This document shows, piece after piece, positions 1 to 12,804 of a stretch of 64,000 bases of DNA. The stretch is taken from contig NC_092674.1 of NCBI RefSeq assembly GCF_964355755.1, positions 16,368,001-16,432,000 on the forward strand, read 5' to 3'. This DNA comes from Antedon mediterranea. Lineage: Eukaryota > Animalia > Echinodermata. Position numbers and translations under genes: made by a program. Below the pieces are notes generated by a model that did no database searches, was not told where the DNA came from, and saw only the letters and a program-made list of their open reading frames with translations. How positions within the stretch are numbered: the first letter of the stretch is position 1; every line of letters begins with the position of its first letter.

Positions 1-560
1 TACTGTACATGCTTTTTGCAGGAACTTTTATTTTAGGAATGAAAATCGACAAATTCATCATCATATTACATGTACTGCTGTAGGGGTATACCTGATCTAA
101 ATAATATTCCTCTTAGTCTTAGTCTATAGCCTAGTCTTACTCTTAGTTAGGCCTAGGGTTGGTTGCTATTTGAAAACAGCAAATTATTAGCAGTAAAATG
201 TTACAGCATTTTTATTGACAAAATATATTAAAATTAAACGTGTATTTCAATAATAAATGCATTAAAAGAAGACGCATTTCACTGAGTTTTTAACCATCTA
301 TTGTTGTTGCTCTTTTGGCGCTCCATAGAAACGAAAATATTGAACTTCGAGTATGCTAAATTCGCGAACGGTATGCCAGCAGAATCATGTCTGTAAAATC
401 ATCAATTTAAGGATTTATTTGTTACTTTTTATGTGATTCTTCTTCATAAAAGTACTTATGAGGCCCAATTTTAAGGTGTGGTATTCACAATAAGTTGCTT
501 AACAATTTGGAGTCAAAAGGAAGTCGAAATAAAAACAGGTGCGAAACGGAACTAGCGCCG
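1..560. mobile_element. Right half of a ~0.9 kb foldback non-autonomous DNA element (second copy at 12805-13700)
   Basis: Near-identical to 13169-13700; ends in TIR CAGGTGCGAAACGGAACTAGCGCCG. Confidence 0.85.
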
Positions 561-1490
561 AAAATATAATGGTAATCAGTTGATAATAGTTTGTAGCCTT
601 TGTAACAGTTGTATTTGTAGTGTAGTTAGGCCTTATTTATTCTGGCCTTTTTGTTATTGAAATCCATCTTACACATTGACGATACAAGATGTCAGCCTAG
701 GTCAAACCTTTTTTCGCGTCATAACAGGAAACGTTCTGATTGGATACAACGTTGACTTACAGTAGCGTCGTACGCTAAAACGGTACTATCAACCGTTTTC
801 CACTACAACGCTACAACCGTTGTACGACGCGTTGTACGCTAATCCCCAACTGTTCAGACACACATTCTTTTAGCGTCGTACGCTAAAACGGTCTAACGCC
901 ATGGGTCTGAACAGGGCCACAGTGTCCCTTAGGAAGATGAAAAAAAAAATCAGATAGTAGGACTGGAGCTTAAGTTGGCCATTAGTCATAGCCATTTCAG
1001 TTTTTTGTTTATTTTAAAACATACTGCGCGTGTGTGAAGGTACAGTAGTTAAATAATAGAAATTATACTGCAAATTAATGAAGATCAAATTAAATATACG
1101 CCATAAAGAATCAGAATATATTGTGGGGAATAGTATTATAAAATTACATAGGGAGATTTGATGATAAGACATTTTTCGAGTAAAATCCCGATAGCTGAGT
1201 TTTATTGAGAGTAAGCTTGCAGGAATAACTGTAGGCTATCTTCCTGTGTCCCGTTAGGACCGAGATGTCTGCCCATGTTGCAAGCCGTAATGTCTTCTTT
1301 CTTGGGCCCACTCTGTCACGGCAGTTAATTTCAAAAGATGATTAAATTAAATAATGTATTAATAATTATTAGGATGGTATTCATTTGAATAAACGCCTCT
1401 CCAACAAAACATCACTTTGAATAATAACCCCCCCCCCCCCCCCACCCCCCACCCAACCCAACCCAACTATCTAATAAACGTCCATCCACA

Positions 1491-2748
1491 TCTCTATATA
1501 AATTTACGTAAGGGCAAAATTCGGTAAATCACGCGTTATTTCTAGAATGTTTACTCGATGGTATATAAAGTTGGTTCGTACTTTCGGTACTGATTTTAAC
1601 CGCCTGATGTAACCCTATTTACTAATTAAATTGAGTTCGATAATTAGTTATTGACGATTAAAACGAATTTAGGTTCAACGATTTGCCCCAAATAGGGGTG
1701 TTTTTCGATCGTGGTATACACTGTCTAATGGATGTCCGACTTGAAAAATACCCGCAGACGATAATACGAAGATGCTTCGCATTTTCCTATCTCCTCCTAC
1801 GATAATTGTTTTTAATGGCTGAAAACCGGCTGAACAGCTCGAGTACAGCATCATAATGTTGAAGACAGGCCAATTTTCTTTAAAAAATACTATTTTGATA
1901 GATTTAATATACTGTAACGTTTCCCTGCCTCGTTGTTAGCGGGTTCGGCGTCTGTGTTATTACGACGACGATAAGTAAGTAATATGACGTACAGAAGCAC
2001 AAACTACAATCTGTTACGAATTCAGGAGGTGTTTTATTCTTTTCACAACTGATACTACAGTACACAATAGAAATGATATTCGTATGCCCTGCCTAATAAT
2101 TGCGTGTAACTTCAGGTACAAAGTAATTCCTAGTATGGATTGGATCAGATAATTTTAAGCCTATGACTCTTCCTGTTCAAGGTTGGAGCTCCACTGCCTC
2201 ACATGTGGGTTTCTTCCTCCTTAAATTACAAATCCATCCATCAATCAGAAGCCTCCTAAGAGGACTACTCCATAACAATAAGAGGGGTATCAAAATCGTT
2301 ACAATACGTTTATACAAATGTATTGATTTGCGATGAATGGAACATTCCAATCTCTGTTCTACAAGTGTCTATTACCTCAGGCGTTGTAAAGGCAAGTACT
2401 GTATAAATCTTTATTATTGCAGTTAAACCACCCACATCATCACCCTTCCCTTACTGGCATGAATAGCGTTGTAAAACCAGTAGAGGATAGGCCTACGGTA
2501 GGCCTACAACAACTTTGGTGGGTAGGGTAGGAACCGACTTAAGTATGAATTGGCTCTAAGAAACAATTGAAAACCATTAGGCCTACTAATTAAGTTGAGT
2601 TAGATAATTTAATATTTATTGACAATTAAATCGAATTTATGATTTTCCCCGAATAGAGGTGGTTTTCACAAATTGTTTTACATTATATAAACATATACAC
2701 GTCGTAGTGATGTATCGTTACATGTACTGTACTATTTCAATCGACTAG
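1491..2748 (+). mobile_element. Interspersed repeat with Helitron-like 5' end (A|TC...TATATAAATTT); copy 1
   Basis: 1491-2350 matches 9066-9513 apart from an LTR insertion; 2700-2748 matches 11116-11164. The 3' hairpin is not clear, so the family is tentative. Confidence 0.6.
1913..2303. mobile_element. Solo LTR (391 bp) with 4-bp TSD ATAC
   Basis: Termini TGTAACG...CGTTACA; ATAC on both sides; the paralogous repeat at ~9467-9470 shows the empty site. Confidence 0.85.
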
Positions 2749-2826
2749 GACGGTGATAGTTTCAACAAAGTATTACATCGCAATGTTTTACTGTGTTTAG
2801 TGGTATATTATTTGTAAAACATGAAA

Positions 2827-3135
2827 ACAATAATAATAATAATAACTGGTACTTGATATAGCGCATTATGCTGAAAGCCTCAATGCGCTTTACAAGGACA
2901 GAACAATTTAGAAATTTACAAATTAAAAATTGGGTTTTGAGGAGAGATTTGAAGACACTGGTGGAAGTAGCCTGACGGATTTCAATAGGCAACGCATTCC
3001 ATAGAGAAACGGATGCCGAAGAAAATGAACGATTTCCATAAAACTTAGTGGAAGGATGAAATTGAAATATATGGGCAAGAAGAGACTCAGATCTAGATCT
3101 CAGAGACCGCTTAGGAAGATAAGGTTGAATAAGTT
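2827..3135 (-). mobile_element. 3' end of an L2/CR1-type LINE with (TTA)n tail
   Basis: ORF2 C-terminus RSLRS...YGNRSFSSASVSLWNALPIEIRQATSTSVFKSLLKTQF, then GTAAAGCGCATTGAG...GCGCTATAT tail and TTA repeats. Confidence 0.8.
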
Positions 3136-3515
3136 CAATTAATATTTCGTTACTAAATGGATAAAGAATATATTTAAAAATTGTTCCTCTTTGCACCCAT
3201 CCTCTTCCCCACCCCTCAACCCTAATGTTACATACAAAACACAAATTAAGTTTGTTTAAATTTGACTTAAACAATTGGTCTCATTTTGTGACAAGTTTCT
3301 CTTTCTGAAGTAATTCCCAGAGTGCTAATTTTAGTTGAGTACATAAATCACAGTGTCTATTTATTCATTCCTGTAAACGACATGTATTATTGTCCTGCGG
3401 TACGTACATTTGAAATCGCCAGTTTTTTTAACGCTGACATTATTATGTATTCGAGAACCATCTGTGGGCACGACCTAGATGGTTAATAATAATTTTTCAT
3501 TCCAGAGTACATTTA

Positions 3516-4212
3516 GGGCCTGTTTCTGCTGCAACTGCTAAAAATACGGTATAAAATACGAGATTTTTCATACCGTATTTTTTAGTACCCCGTTTCTGCT
3601 AACAATACTTTTTGGGTGGTCGTGTTAAATTTCATCCTTTTTACCCAAATTGCCATTCATTTATTTGGTCGATAATTAAAAGTCGCAATAAAGGAAGTTT
3701 TACGTCTCACTTTCAACAGCCTAGCCCTAGTGATAGAGATGTGAGCTTTGAATTTACTTGCTTTGGAGACTATTCCGTACTCCTGCTGCTTTATTTTTTT
3801 AGAAATGTCTTTATAAATGTGGTTGTCCCTTTTATTACCTTTTAGTTGGCCGGACATTTTAGCTTCCCCACCCCTTTCCCACACAGATTTATATAGTAAA
3901 TACTGTGACGTCTTCGCTCCACATTTTTGCCGAATATATCTATACACGTGTGTAAAACAGCTGACAGCGACAGAAAATAAAAACACGATGTTGACCTCAT
4001 GTCACAGGTAACAAAAAATATGGTATCTTTTATTGGCAGCAGAAAAGGGTATAACAAATACGGTATAAATTTTGTGGGGAAAATACGGTATACAAAATAC
4101 GGGATTTTTTTTATGAGTGCAGTTTCTGCTGCCAAACAAATACGGTATATATACGGTATTCAAAAAATAGCGTAAAAAATACAGTATTTTCTTGGCAGCA
4201 GAAACAGGGCCC
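3516..4212. mobile_element. PIF/Harbinger-like MITE; copy 1
   Basis: TIRs GGGCCTGTTTCTGCTGC / GCAGCAGAAACAGGGCCC, subterminal AATACGG repeats, TA-containing flanks; second copy at 56691-57433. Confidence 0.8.
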
Positions 4213-4239
4213 TAGTCTGTTCCAGCCAAGGTTATTTAA

Positions 4240-4793
4240 AGATGTATTGTCCCCTTTGACTAATTCCCAAAAAATTAAAAAAAAAAGATTTCGAAAAAAA
4301 GTGGGTCATTTTGAAGTATCATAATAGTTATTAACATTCACCAATAATTAGTCGGAAAAAAAATCATTTAACTGAAGTGAAATACAGACATTTTTTTGTT
4401 CAAAAAATAACTGTGACTTCCAGTCAAGGTTTTCCATCAAAACATATCTCATAATGCAACGCGCTTGTTTGGCTCATCTGTATGCATTAATCATAAAATT
4501 TCTTCGCAATCTGTGTGAAAACACCTTCTCAACCGGACAGTGACGTTGTAAACAATCCTAATTAGCATCATGCATACTCCTGGTTTAAAATCTTTGTTTA
4601 CTTTCGCTCGCGACGATTTTTTAGACGAAATGTAATCAAATTAATTTACCTGTTAATTATGTAAACTTGTTGTTTTTGGCTCGAATTTTTGACTTACAAA
4701 AGTGAATAACTTTACTATTACTTTGATATGGCCAATTTAAATTTAGAAAATTTTGACCTTCATTTTTTGTGTTTTTCAAGGAACAATACATCT
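4240..4793. mobile_element. Kolobok-like MITE with TTAA TSD
   Basis: TTAA|AGATGTATTGTCC ... GGAACAATACATCT|TTAA. Confidence 0.8.
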
Positions 4794-4849
4794 TTAAAAT
4801 AAAATCAATTGAGGTCTTAATATCAACAGAAAGCAAAATTCTATCTAAT

Positions 4850-7140
4850 CTATTCATGAGTACTTGTAAACAAGTATTTTGAACATTACAATTAGACCGT
4901 ACACAACAGTAATAGAGCGTTAGCTAACATTTTAAGCGTATATGACGGAAGACAACATTTTACACGCCGGATGACACCAATACGTTTTGAAACATTTGAG
5001 GATACCTTGCTTATGTGATCATTCCAATTTAATTGCGGATCAAATGTGACCCCAAGATATTTAAAAGAGTCAACTCGTTCAATATTATATCTACATTATA
5101 AGATATTGAAATATCTTAAAATTTAGGAAGAATGTGGTTTGTCTTTTTGATGTTCAATGTTAGTTTATTAGTTTTAAACCAATTAGCAATTGTATTTAAA
5201 TAGGCATTTAGCTCGTATTGAAGAGTGAGGAAGAATTACAAAGTATAGTGGTGTCATCTGCATACATAACACATTTGCATGGCATAATATCTGGTAGGGA
5301 GTTAACATGAATAATAAACAAAAGAGGACCTAAAATTGAGCCCTGTGGTATACCAATATTTATATTCATAAAATCTGATTGAGAAGTGTTAATATTGACA
5401 ACTTGTGATCTGTTTCTTAAATATGATATAAACCAATCTAGTTCATTATTACTGACTCTATAACATTTGAGTTTACCAGGATTCATGATCAACTGTATCA
5501 AAAGCTTTCTTAAGATCCAGGAATATTGCTGCTGTAGGCTTACCATCATTCAAATTATTTAGTATATATCAGACATGTCTATTAATGTAGTCAGTCAGTA
5601 GAATGGTTTTTTTCTAAACCCTGATTGAGATGCATTAATAATATTATTAGCAGTTAAAAAGTTATACAGTTGATCATGAACTGCTCGTTCAATTATTTTG
5701 GAAATAATTGGAGATTGGTCCATAATTGCTTGGGTCGTTTTTATCACCATCTTTGAAAACTGGAGTTACTTTTGCTTTCTTCCATTTAGATGGAAAGATT
5801 AAAGAAAATAAAGATAAATTACAGATATAAGCAATTGTATCACAAATCACTGGTGCAGCCAAGTTTACCAATTTACAATCTAAGCCATCTATACCAGTGG
5901 CTTTGTTACCAGAAAGTTTACAAAGTTCATCAAACACATACTGTGAGGATATAAAATCAAATTTAAATTGGTTTTCAATATTTACATTTACATTTATAGT
6001 GTTGTTAGTAGTAGTGTTTAAAGAATTGTTTGAAAATTTTGAGCCAAGGATATTTCCTATCGAAGTAAAGTGTTCATTTAATTTATTTGCTATATCTTTA
6101 TCACATGAAGAATTTGAGACTTTACCAACATTTACAATATTCTTTGGAATTAGTTTATGAATTGTACTCCAAAGTTTCTTGGGGTTTTTAACATTTTCAC
6201 TGATTGATTTTGTGCAGTATTTCCTTTTTAGCTCTATATTTAAATTGTTTACTTTATTTCTCAGTGATTTTGCTTGTTTCCAATCTTGGGCACTATTAGT
6301 CTTGTGGGCTTTGTTATAATGATAATCTCAATTTTTTTTGTTAGTCTTATGTAATCACTACTAATCCATTCAGGAAGTGAGCCTTTTATTCTCTTTGTTT
6401 TAAGGGGAGCATGGGTGTGGGATGTTCTCGAATAAACATTTCCAAACTGACCAAGCAGTGTTAACATCAAAAACACTTTAAATTTGATCCCAATTGGCAG
6501 ATTTAATATCATTAATAAAGGCATTTGCATTAAAGTTTTTATAAGATCGCGATTTTATAACTTTAGGAGGGGCCTTTATTTTTTTATTTTTACAAACTAA
6601 ATAAATTAAAGAATGGTCACTAAGACCTAGACTATTTTGATTTGTAACAAATATTAAATCTATTGTTGTTTTAGTAATTTCAGTTATCCTTGTAAAAGCC
6701 TTTACAATTTGGTGTAGGCTACTTTGTTTTGCTAAATTATTAATTTTTCTTAGGTTAGTTTGTTTATTAATATCAAAATTAAAGTCTCCTAAAATTACAA
6801 CATCCTCATATAGTGTGGTACATTGCTGGAACATCAAATCTAGTTTAGATAAATAGTCTGCATTTGCACTGGGTGGTCTATATACAGTTCCAACTAGCAT
6901 AGGTTTTGTACAGGGTAGATTAACTTCAACCCAGAGAGCCTCAATATCATCATGTCTAATAGTATTTACCTCTTTGTATACAATACCACATTTGACATAG
7001 CATAAGACCCCACCACCAGATTTCCCATTATTTCTATCAATTCTACAAATTTCATATCATTTATCATTATTTCAGAATTATCTATATTGTTATATACGTA
7101 ATAGAGAACACGGAAGGCTAATTGTATCATGCAACAATTG
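4850..7140 (-). mobile_element. Decayed CR1/L2-group LINE ORF2 (AP endonuclease + reverse transcriptase)
   Basis: Frameshifted fragments VGTVYRPPS, VILGDFN, LSDH (APE); KWKKAKVTPVFKDGDKNDPSNY, GIPQGSILGPLLF, MYADDT (RT). Confidence 0.9.
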
Positions 7141-7658
7141 ATATATTTTATTCTTCTGAAACTAACTTCCGCGACAGAGTGGGCCGTTCCTAAAATAAAC
7201 AAAAATAACGGCCAACTTAGTTGAAACCAGGTTGTTGCAAGGTGAACTCATCATGAACCTGGAAATTACTTCGACCCGCGTACAATTGAAATTGAGTTGA
7301 AAATCTACCGATGAAATCAGAAATTGTCTTCCTAAGATAGAAATATACAATATCGTAATAGTGAAAACTAATGTTATCAAATTTACATTTCACTGTACAT
7401 CTGAGATAGATCAGGTAGGTTTCCAAGGCAGAGATTTGTACCAAAGTTTTTCAATTGTGCTCGCCTATGTCAGAATTAACCGTAATTTATATATAGAAGC
7501 TCTCACACAAAAAAAACAAAAAAAATTTCAAATAATAAATATTAAGGCAGAAAAAACGGGTAACTGCTAGTGTTTATTATTATTTCACATTGTCTCAGGG
7601 AAGATTGGTCTTTTCTCACTGATTCTATAATAAACAAATCGTGTTTATTTTTTTGCAG

Positions 7659-7753
7659 CGGCTTTCTGACTTGTGTGCATTAATTTTGAAGCAACATGGG
7701 TTGGATAATGTCTATACAGAAGTTTCCAAGGACCTGGCAATTATTATCAACAG
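7659..7753 (+). CDS. LRRC63: LRRC63-like leucine-rich-repeat protein, penultimate coding exon
   Basis: ttttttgcag|RLSDLCALILKQHGLDNVYTEVSKDLAIIIN(S)|gtttgt; phase-2 end joins the next exon in frame. Confidence 0.7.
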
Positions 7754-8642
7754 GTTTGTATTGTATTGTTCTAATTTATTATCCTAAAAGGAGTCATGTT
7801 TTCTTTTCTGTTGGTACAATATCTTACCAGTTAAGGCAGAACAAACATTTCTCAGAATTACTCGATTTAACTGAAATTTTGTGTGTGGAGAAATCTATAG
7901 AAATTCATTCTACTGAAAGTTTTGTGAATTTTTCAAACTTTAAATCTCAAAATGATCTTTTATTGTACTTTATATGTACTAGACAGAGCCATACATTGTT
8001 GTTAATGTTACCATACCAGTCGAATTGCTGGAACAGTGTCCCATATTACATACTGTAGGTAATGCTATCTTTTATAAATGATTGAAACAGTCAATGGTTA
8101 AAGGAGTTTTATAGTCTGCCAAAGTAAATCTAGTTTTCATGTTGGTGGGGCGAATACTTTAATGCAACAAAGCCTGTGCATCTTAGTACCGGTATATGAT
8201 GTGCTTTAATTTTGAATGTTAAAAAATCCTGAATATACAAATAATGAATATTTTTTAGGTGAAATATTCTCTCCACAAATACGAAACATGTTATTTGTGG
8301 AAAAAGATCTCCTCTAGGCCTATCTTAGCCTAGGCCTACAGTAGTTGGTGTTTTTCCCTCTTTTTTCCCAATGATTCAACTTATTGTTATCATTCCCACT
8401 GATGCAAAATCAGATGATTTATAGCAAAGTATACCGCTTTTCAAAATTTAGTTCAGACTAATTATGCAAACAAAAGCCTCAATGACCCAAAACATTGTTA
8501 CAACCTCAGGCTTGATCAGTTATAAGTGGAAAGGAATTGCGCTGATTGTGTGTTCTTTTAAATGGCTTTGATATGACTCGTTTTCACAATGTAAGTGTCA
8601 GAGAAATATTTCATTAAATTTTCTTTTGCTTTTCATTTTTAG

Positions 8643-8829
8643 CTACACCATTTGTGATTGTTGCCAAGGACCTTTATATGGATCTGGTTTAAGACTCATC
8701 CGGCCATGTCGCAAAGCTTTTGGCATTCGGAGGTTGCCATTTTACTTTTTGTCATGTTCACCCCAATGTAAACATTTATTTATGTCAAATGTGGAGTCGC
8801 TTTCAGAGATATTGTACCTAGATAAATAA
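8643..8829 (+). CDS. LRRC63: LRRC63-like protein, last coding exon
   Basis: Polypyrimidine+ag acceptor; YTICDCCQGPLYGSGLRLIRPCRKAFGIRRLPFYFLSCSPQC* resembles the CxxCxGPxxGxGxRxIRxC..FG..LP..F..CSPxC C-terminus of LRRC63 as recalled; AATAAA at 8825 and 8932. Confidence 0.75.
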
Positions 8830-9065
8830 AGTTTCCTTCTAACACAGACCAAAGAATTTTTCTTTTTATGAAATCAATGCAACTTTATACTGTATAATTC
8901 TTTTTAGTAATTTCTGTTATTACTACTCAGTAATAAATTGACTATAGATAGAATTTGATTTTGTAAAAAAATTCATGATATATTGGTCTTTTATTGCAAT
9001 AGTCAACATATAATGTAAAATAGCCTGAAGGCTAAAACCACAATATTTACATAATTGATAAGGCA

Positions 9066-9513
9066 TCTATATATAAATTTACGTAAGGGGAAAATTTGGT
9101 ATTATGATCGCGCCTTTTTACTCGATGGTATATAAAGTTGGTTCATACTTTCGGTACTGATTTTAACCACTTGATGTAACCCTGTTTACTAATTAAATTT
9201 AGTTAGATAATTAGTTTTTGACAATTAAAACAAATTTAGGTTCAACGATTTGCCCCAAATAGGGTGTTTTCTGATCAGGGTATACACTGTCTAATGGATG
9301 TCCATCTTGAAAAATACCCGCACACAATAATACGAGGATGCTTCGCATTTTCCTATCTCCCCCTATGATAATTGTTATTAATAGCTGAAAACTGGTTGAA
9401 CAGCTTGAGTACAGCATCATAATGTTGAAGATTTTCTTTAAAAAATACTATTTTGATAGATTTAATATACGTTTATACAAATGTATTGATTTGCGATGAA
9501 TGGAACATTCCAA
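9066..9513 (+). mobile_element. Second copy of the Helitron-like repeat (its 3' part resumes at ~11116-11165)
   Basis: A|TCTATATATAAATTTACGTAAGGG start; colinear with 1491-2350. Confidence 0.6.
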
Positions 9514-9844
9514 ATTATTTGGTTTAACCATAGAGGTATAGGCCTACCTCCATACACAAGTAGATAAATTTATGGGCCCTTGGAGAATAAACATAAGTAG
9601 TTTTGCAATGCTGTACAATACTCTAAATAGGTATTAACCACATTTGAATCGAAAATTTCTTACTGTGAGTGTTGGTACTGTTAGATATAATATAAAAAAT
9701 ATACAACTAATTTATATTACTGTGACTGTGGGGGTAGGCCCTATTGTTAGATTACAGTATAAACATATAATATACAAATAAACTTTATTACTGACAGTTG
9801 CTTCTCAACGTTTGTATTAATTAATAATAAAAAAATATCTATAA

Positions 9845-11111
9845 GGCCAAATAAAAAAAAATACTTGTTAAGCGTCACACCCTCATAAATTTTCAGGGGC
9901 GGGGGGACGGTTTTTTTTTTTTTTTTTTTAACTTTTTATGGAGGTATAATTTTGCGCGATGGACGTTTTGGCCCACTTTTTTTTTAGGACGAAACGTCAA
10001 ACTTTTAAAATGCGAAACAGAACAAAATTGGCTATGTATGAAATATTATTGCTTATGACAAAATTGAGTTTTGTATTGTTTATCCAGACGTAATTAAAAC
10101 ATTAAATTTAATTGCCACCGAGCGAAATTGTAGGCCCTAGACTAATCCGTCCAAGCTGCCACCCCGCCTCACTCATCGGCGGCCATGGTCCGCCGTCTCT
10201 CGCTCGACTCATCTATCCAGGAAATTCCCTATCGCGAGAAGCATGATGTTGGTCTCAATATTAATACTAAATTATAGTGGGCTGATTTTGAAAACAGCTT
10301 ACGGCATTTCTTAAGTGAATTTTTATTCAACGTATTCATTCTTCTTTGATGAATCCGTTGCCAATTGCTGTGTAAATCAGTATTTAAAGTTGTGATGCGA
10401 AAAGTGTGTGTAATTATTCCACAGGTAAACCAGGCATAAGAAAACACATCGCCGGGCCCATCGCCCAACAGGACCTCGTGGTGTGCCGATCTCGAGCGCG
10501 AGATCATCATAAACAAAATTGGTAGAGTCCATTATGTATGGGGTGTTTCCTATTTACGAACCTATAAAAAACGCGTTTCGACCACTGTGTAGGCAAAATA
10601 TTTATTTCAGTAATCCCTAAATTGATAATCGTGTATTCTGTAATCACGTGACTGATGATGTAATCCTCAGCGACGTACTAAATGCACGTGATTTAATGTG
10701 TTGGGGAAAAAGCTTGCTGTTTACCACACATGATTCGCGGTGCTATTCGCGTTTCCTGACGTAAATCGGCGGCGTGTAAATGAAACAATTGTTTTCACCA
10801 AATTGCCGTTGTCGACATAGAGCGATCGGTGGCTAGCTAGCGTGGCTAAGCTAAGAAGTACGTATTTTTCAAAAATTACACCAGCCTAGCAAACATTTGC
10901 TAGTTTTGAAATTTTCAACTAGCAATTATGAAGAATCTACTAGCAAAATGCTAGTTTGCTAGCGCAAATTTTGAGCCCTGCTCTAGAGCTGGGCCGGGCC
11001 GCTAAACTTTCCGTTGTATATGGGTAAAAAAAAAATAAAAATAAAAAGAGAGGCGGCTGGATAATCAGGAGCGGGCGGTGACGCTTAACAAGTATGTTTT
11101 TTTATTTGGCC
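9845..11111. mobile_element. PIF/Harbinger-type non-autonomous element with TAA TSD, containing a fragment of the 49440-50777 element
   Basis: TAA|GGCCAAATAAAAAAAAATACTTGTTAAGCGTCAC ... GTGACGCTTAACAAGTATGTTTTTTTATTTGGCC|TAA. Confidence 0.85.
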
Positions 11112-12086
11112 TAAACGTTGTAGTGATGTATCGTTAAATGTACTTTACTATTTCAATCGACTATGACAGTTTTATTATTACCGTATTATAAACAATTGAT
11201 TAACTAGATTCGTTGTCCCGTAAAACCTTTAGTCTTGTACAGCGCCACCTACCGGTGGTTCCGGGGACATTGTGTCAAGAATAAAACTCAGAATTACTGT
11301 ATTTACGGCCATTGACTTTGTTATACACTATCCATTCACTTTGAAATATATATAGACTAAAAAATGAAAGCAATACTGCAGGACATGGAACAAATAGTAT
11401 ATACCTTAATTTTGACTGTTCATACTTTGCGAAAATAAAATGCCAAACTATTTATTTGATACATATAGATTAAATAAAAAAGTTTAACATAAATCGATTA
11501 AAAAATACATTGCTGAGGAAACATGAATTGTTAAGTTTTTATGTTCAACAATATATAAAACGTTTTGTTTTTGTGTGTTCAGTTGTATTCATTTACATTT
11601 TATTTTTATTTCAATGGTTTTGATATTTTTGAATTTTTTTTGTGTGGGAGATTTGTTAGCTATTTGCTACTTCTGTAATTAAATTGTGGTCCGTGCTCTG
11701 CATGGTCTTGTCTGCCAGATTAAAACATTTTAATGATAAAATATGAATATGAATTCAGTTATAGAATAATTCGTGTTATTTGTTTCATTTCATGTTTTTT
11801 TTATATTTTGCAAATTTTTTTTGCTAGTTTTGTAATTTCATTTTTAACCTTAAGCGATGATACTTAATAATTACACATGTCCCGGATTTGAACTCGAACG
11901 TATACTACGCATTGATATCAATGGCCACGGTGTTTTACTTACTCAGCCAAACCGTGATTTACGAAAATCATTCTGTTCAAAGAATAGGTGTAATTAATTA
12001 TTATTAATTAAAACCAATGACGCATTCATTCGATACGATTGACTGTTTTTTAGCGGACCGGCATGGTATTTGTAGATCCGGCTGCA

Positions 12087-12463
12087 TTTTTTTTTCCAGG
12101 ACGAACGTGGGCAGAAATAATGAATAATTCATTACCTTATTTATTTTCTATTATAAAGAATTGCAAGATAGCTGATCTACTTCCTAAATATACTAAACCT
12201 AACCCCCTAAATTAAATCTCTCTCAACTATTTAAAAAAACATGTTCTTGAAAGACCTCGAATCGAGGGCTCCAGTGTAATAGGTTAACGCCTATACCACT
12301 AGACCAAACATTTCGGTTGGCGAACGCTGTTTACATAAATGATGTAATCTCTCTGTGCATATTCTCTCTGCTGAATGTAGACAATAAGCGCATGCGCGAG
12401 AGTAGTTGGGGGTTAAGCCACGCCCATTTATGTAAATTACCCACGTTCGTCCTGGAAAAAAAA
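12087..12463. mobile_element. Small inverted-repeat element with a tRNA/SINE-like remnant inside
   Basis: TTTTTTTTCCAGGACGAACGTGGG ... CCCACGTTCGTCCTGGAAAAAAAA; the minus strand of 12250-12308 reads TGGTCTAGTGG...GATTCGA (box A/B-like). Confidence 0.5.
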
Positions 12464-12804
12464 ATTACGCGGTCCGGCCATGGCGGTACACAAGAGAGGA
12501 GGTTGCGTACTTTATACAGTGAGGTAACATAGTCAAATTACTACTATTTTTTGCCTTTTTTTAGTGTTTATCCTTAAAATTTAGGAAAGTGACTAACTTT
12601 ATTTTATAAACTCAAAAACACTCAATCCTTCCCCACTCCCGAGATCAACATGCATTATCTCCTTATTTTCAAAATATGGCTGCATCATAAGTTTTTGTGA
12701 CTCTAATTGTAACCCCCATGGGTTACTATTAGACTTTAATTGTAACCCCCATGGGTTACTATTAGAGTGGGTTATTATTATAGATTGACTTAAGGTGGTT
12801 ACTA

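Noticed and set aside
1428-1466. C-rich tract / G-quadruplex as a regulatory element
   Set aside because: It lies in a decayed Tc1-like MITE remnant, with no other support
3612-4135. Overlapping ORFs on both strands (also 57096-57513)
   Set aside because: They lie within a MITE, and the frames are not conserved between the two copies
7162-7570. Short ORFs as additional LRRC63 exons
   Set aside because: No LRR pattern or consistent splice sites found
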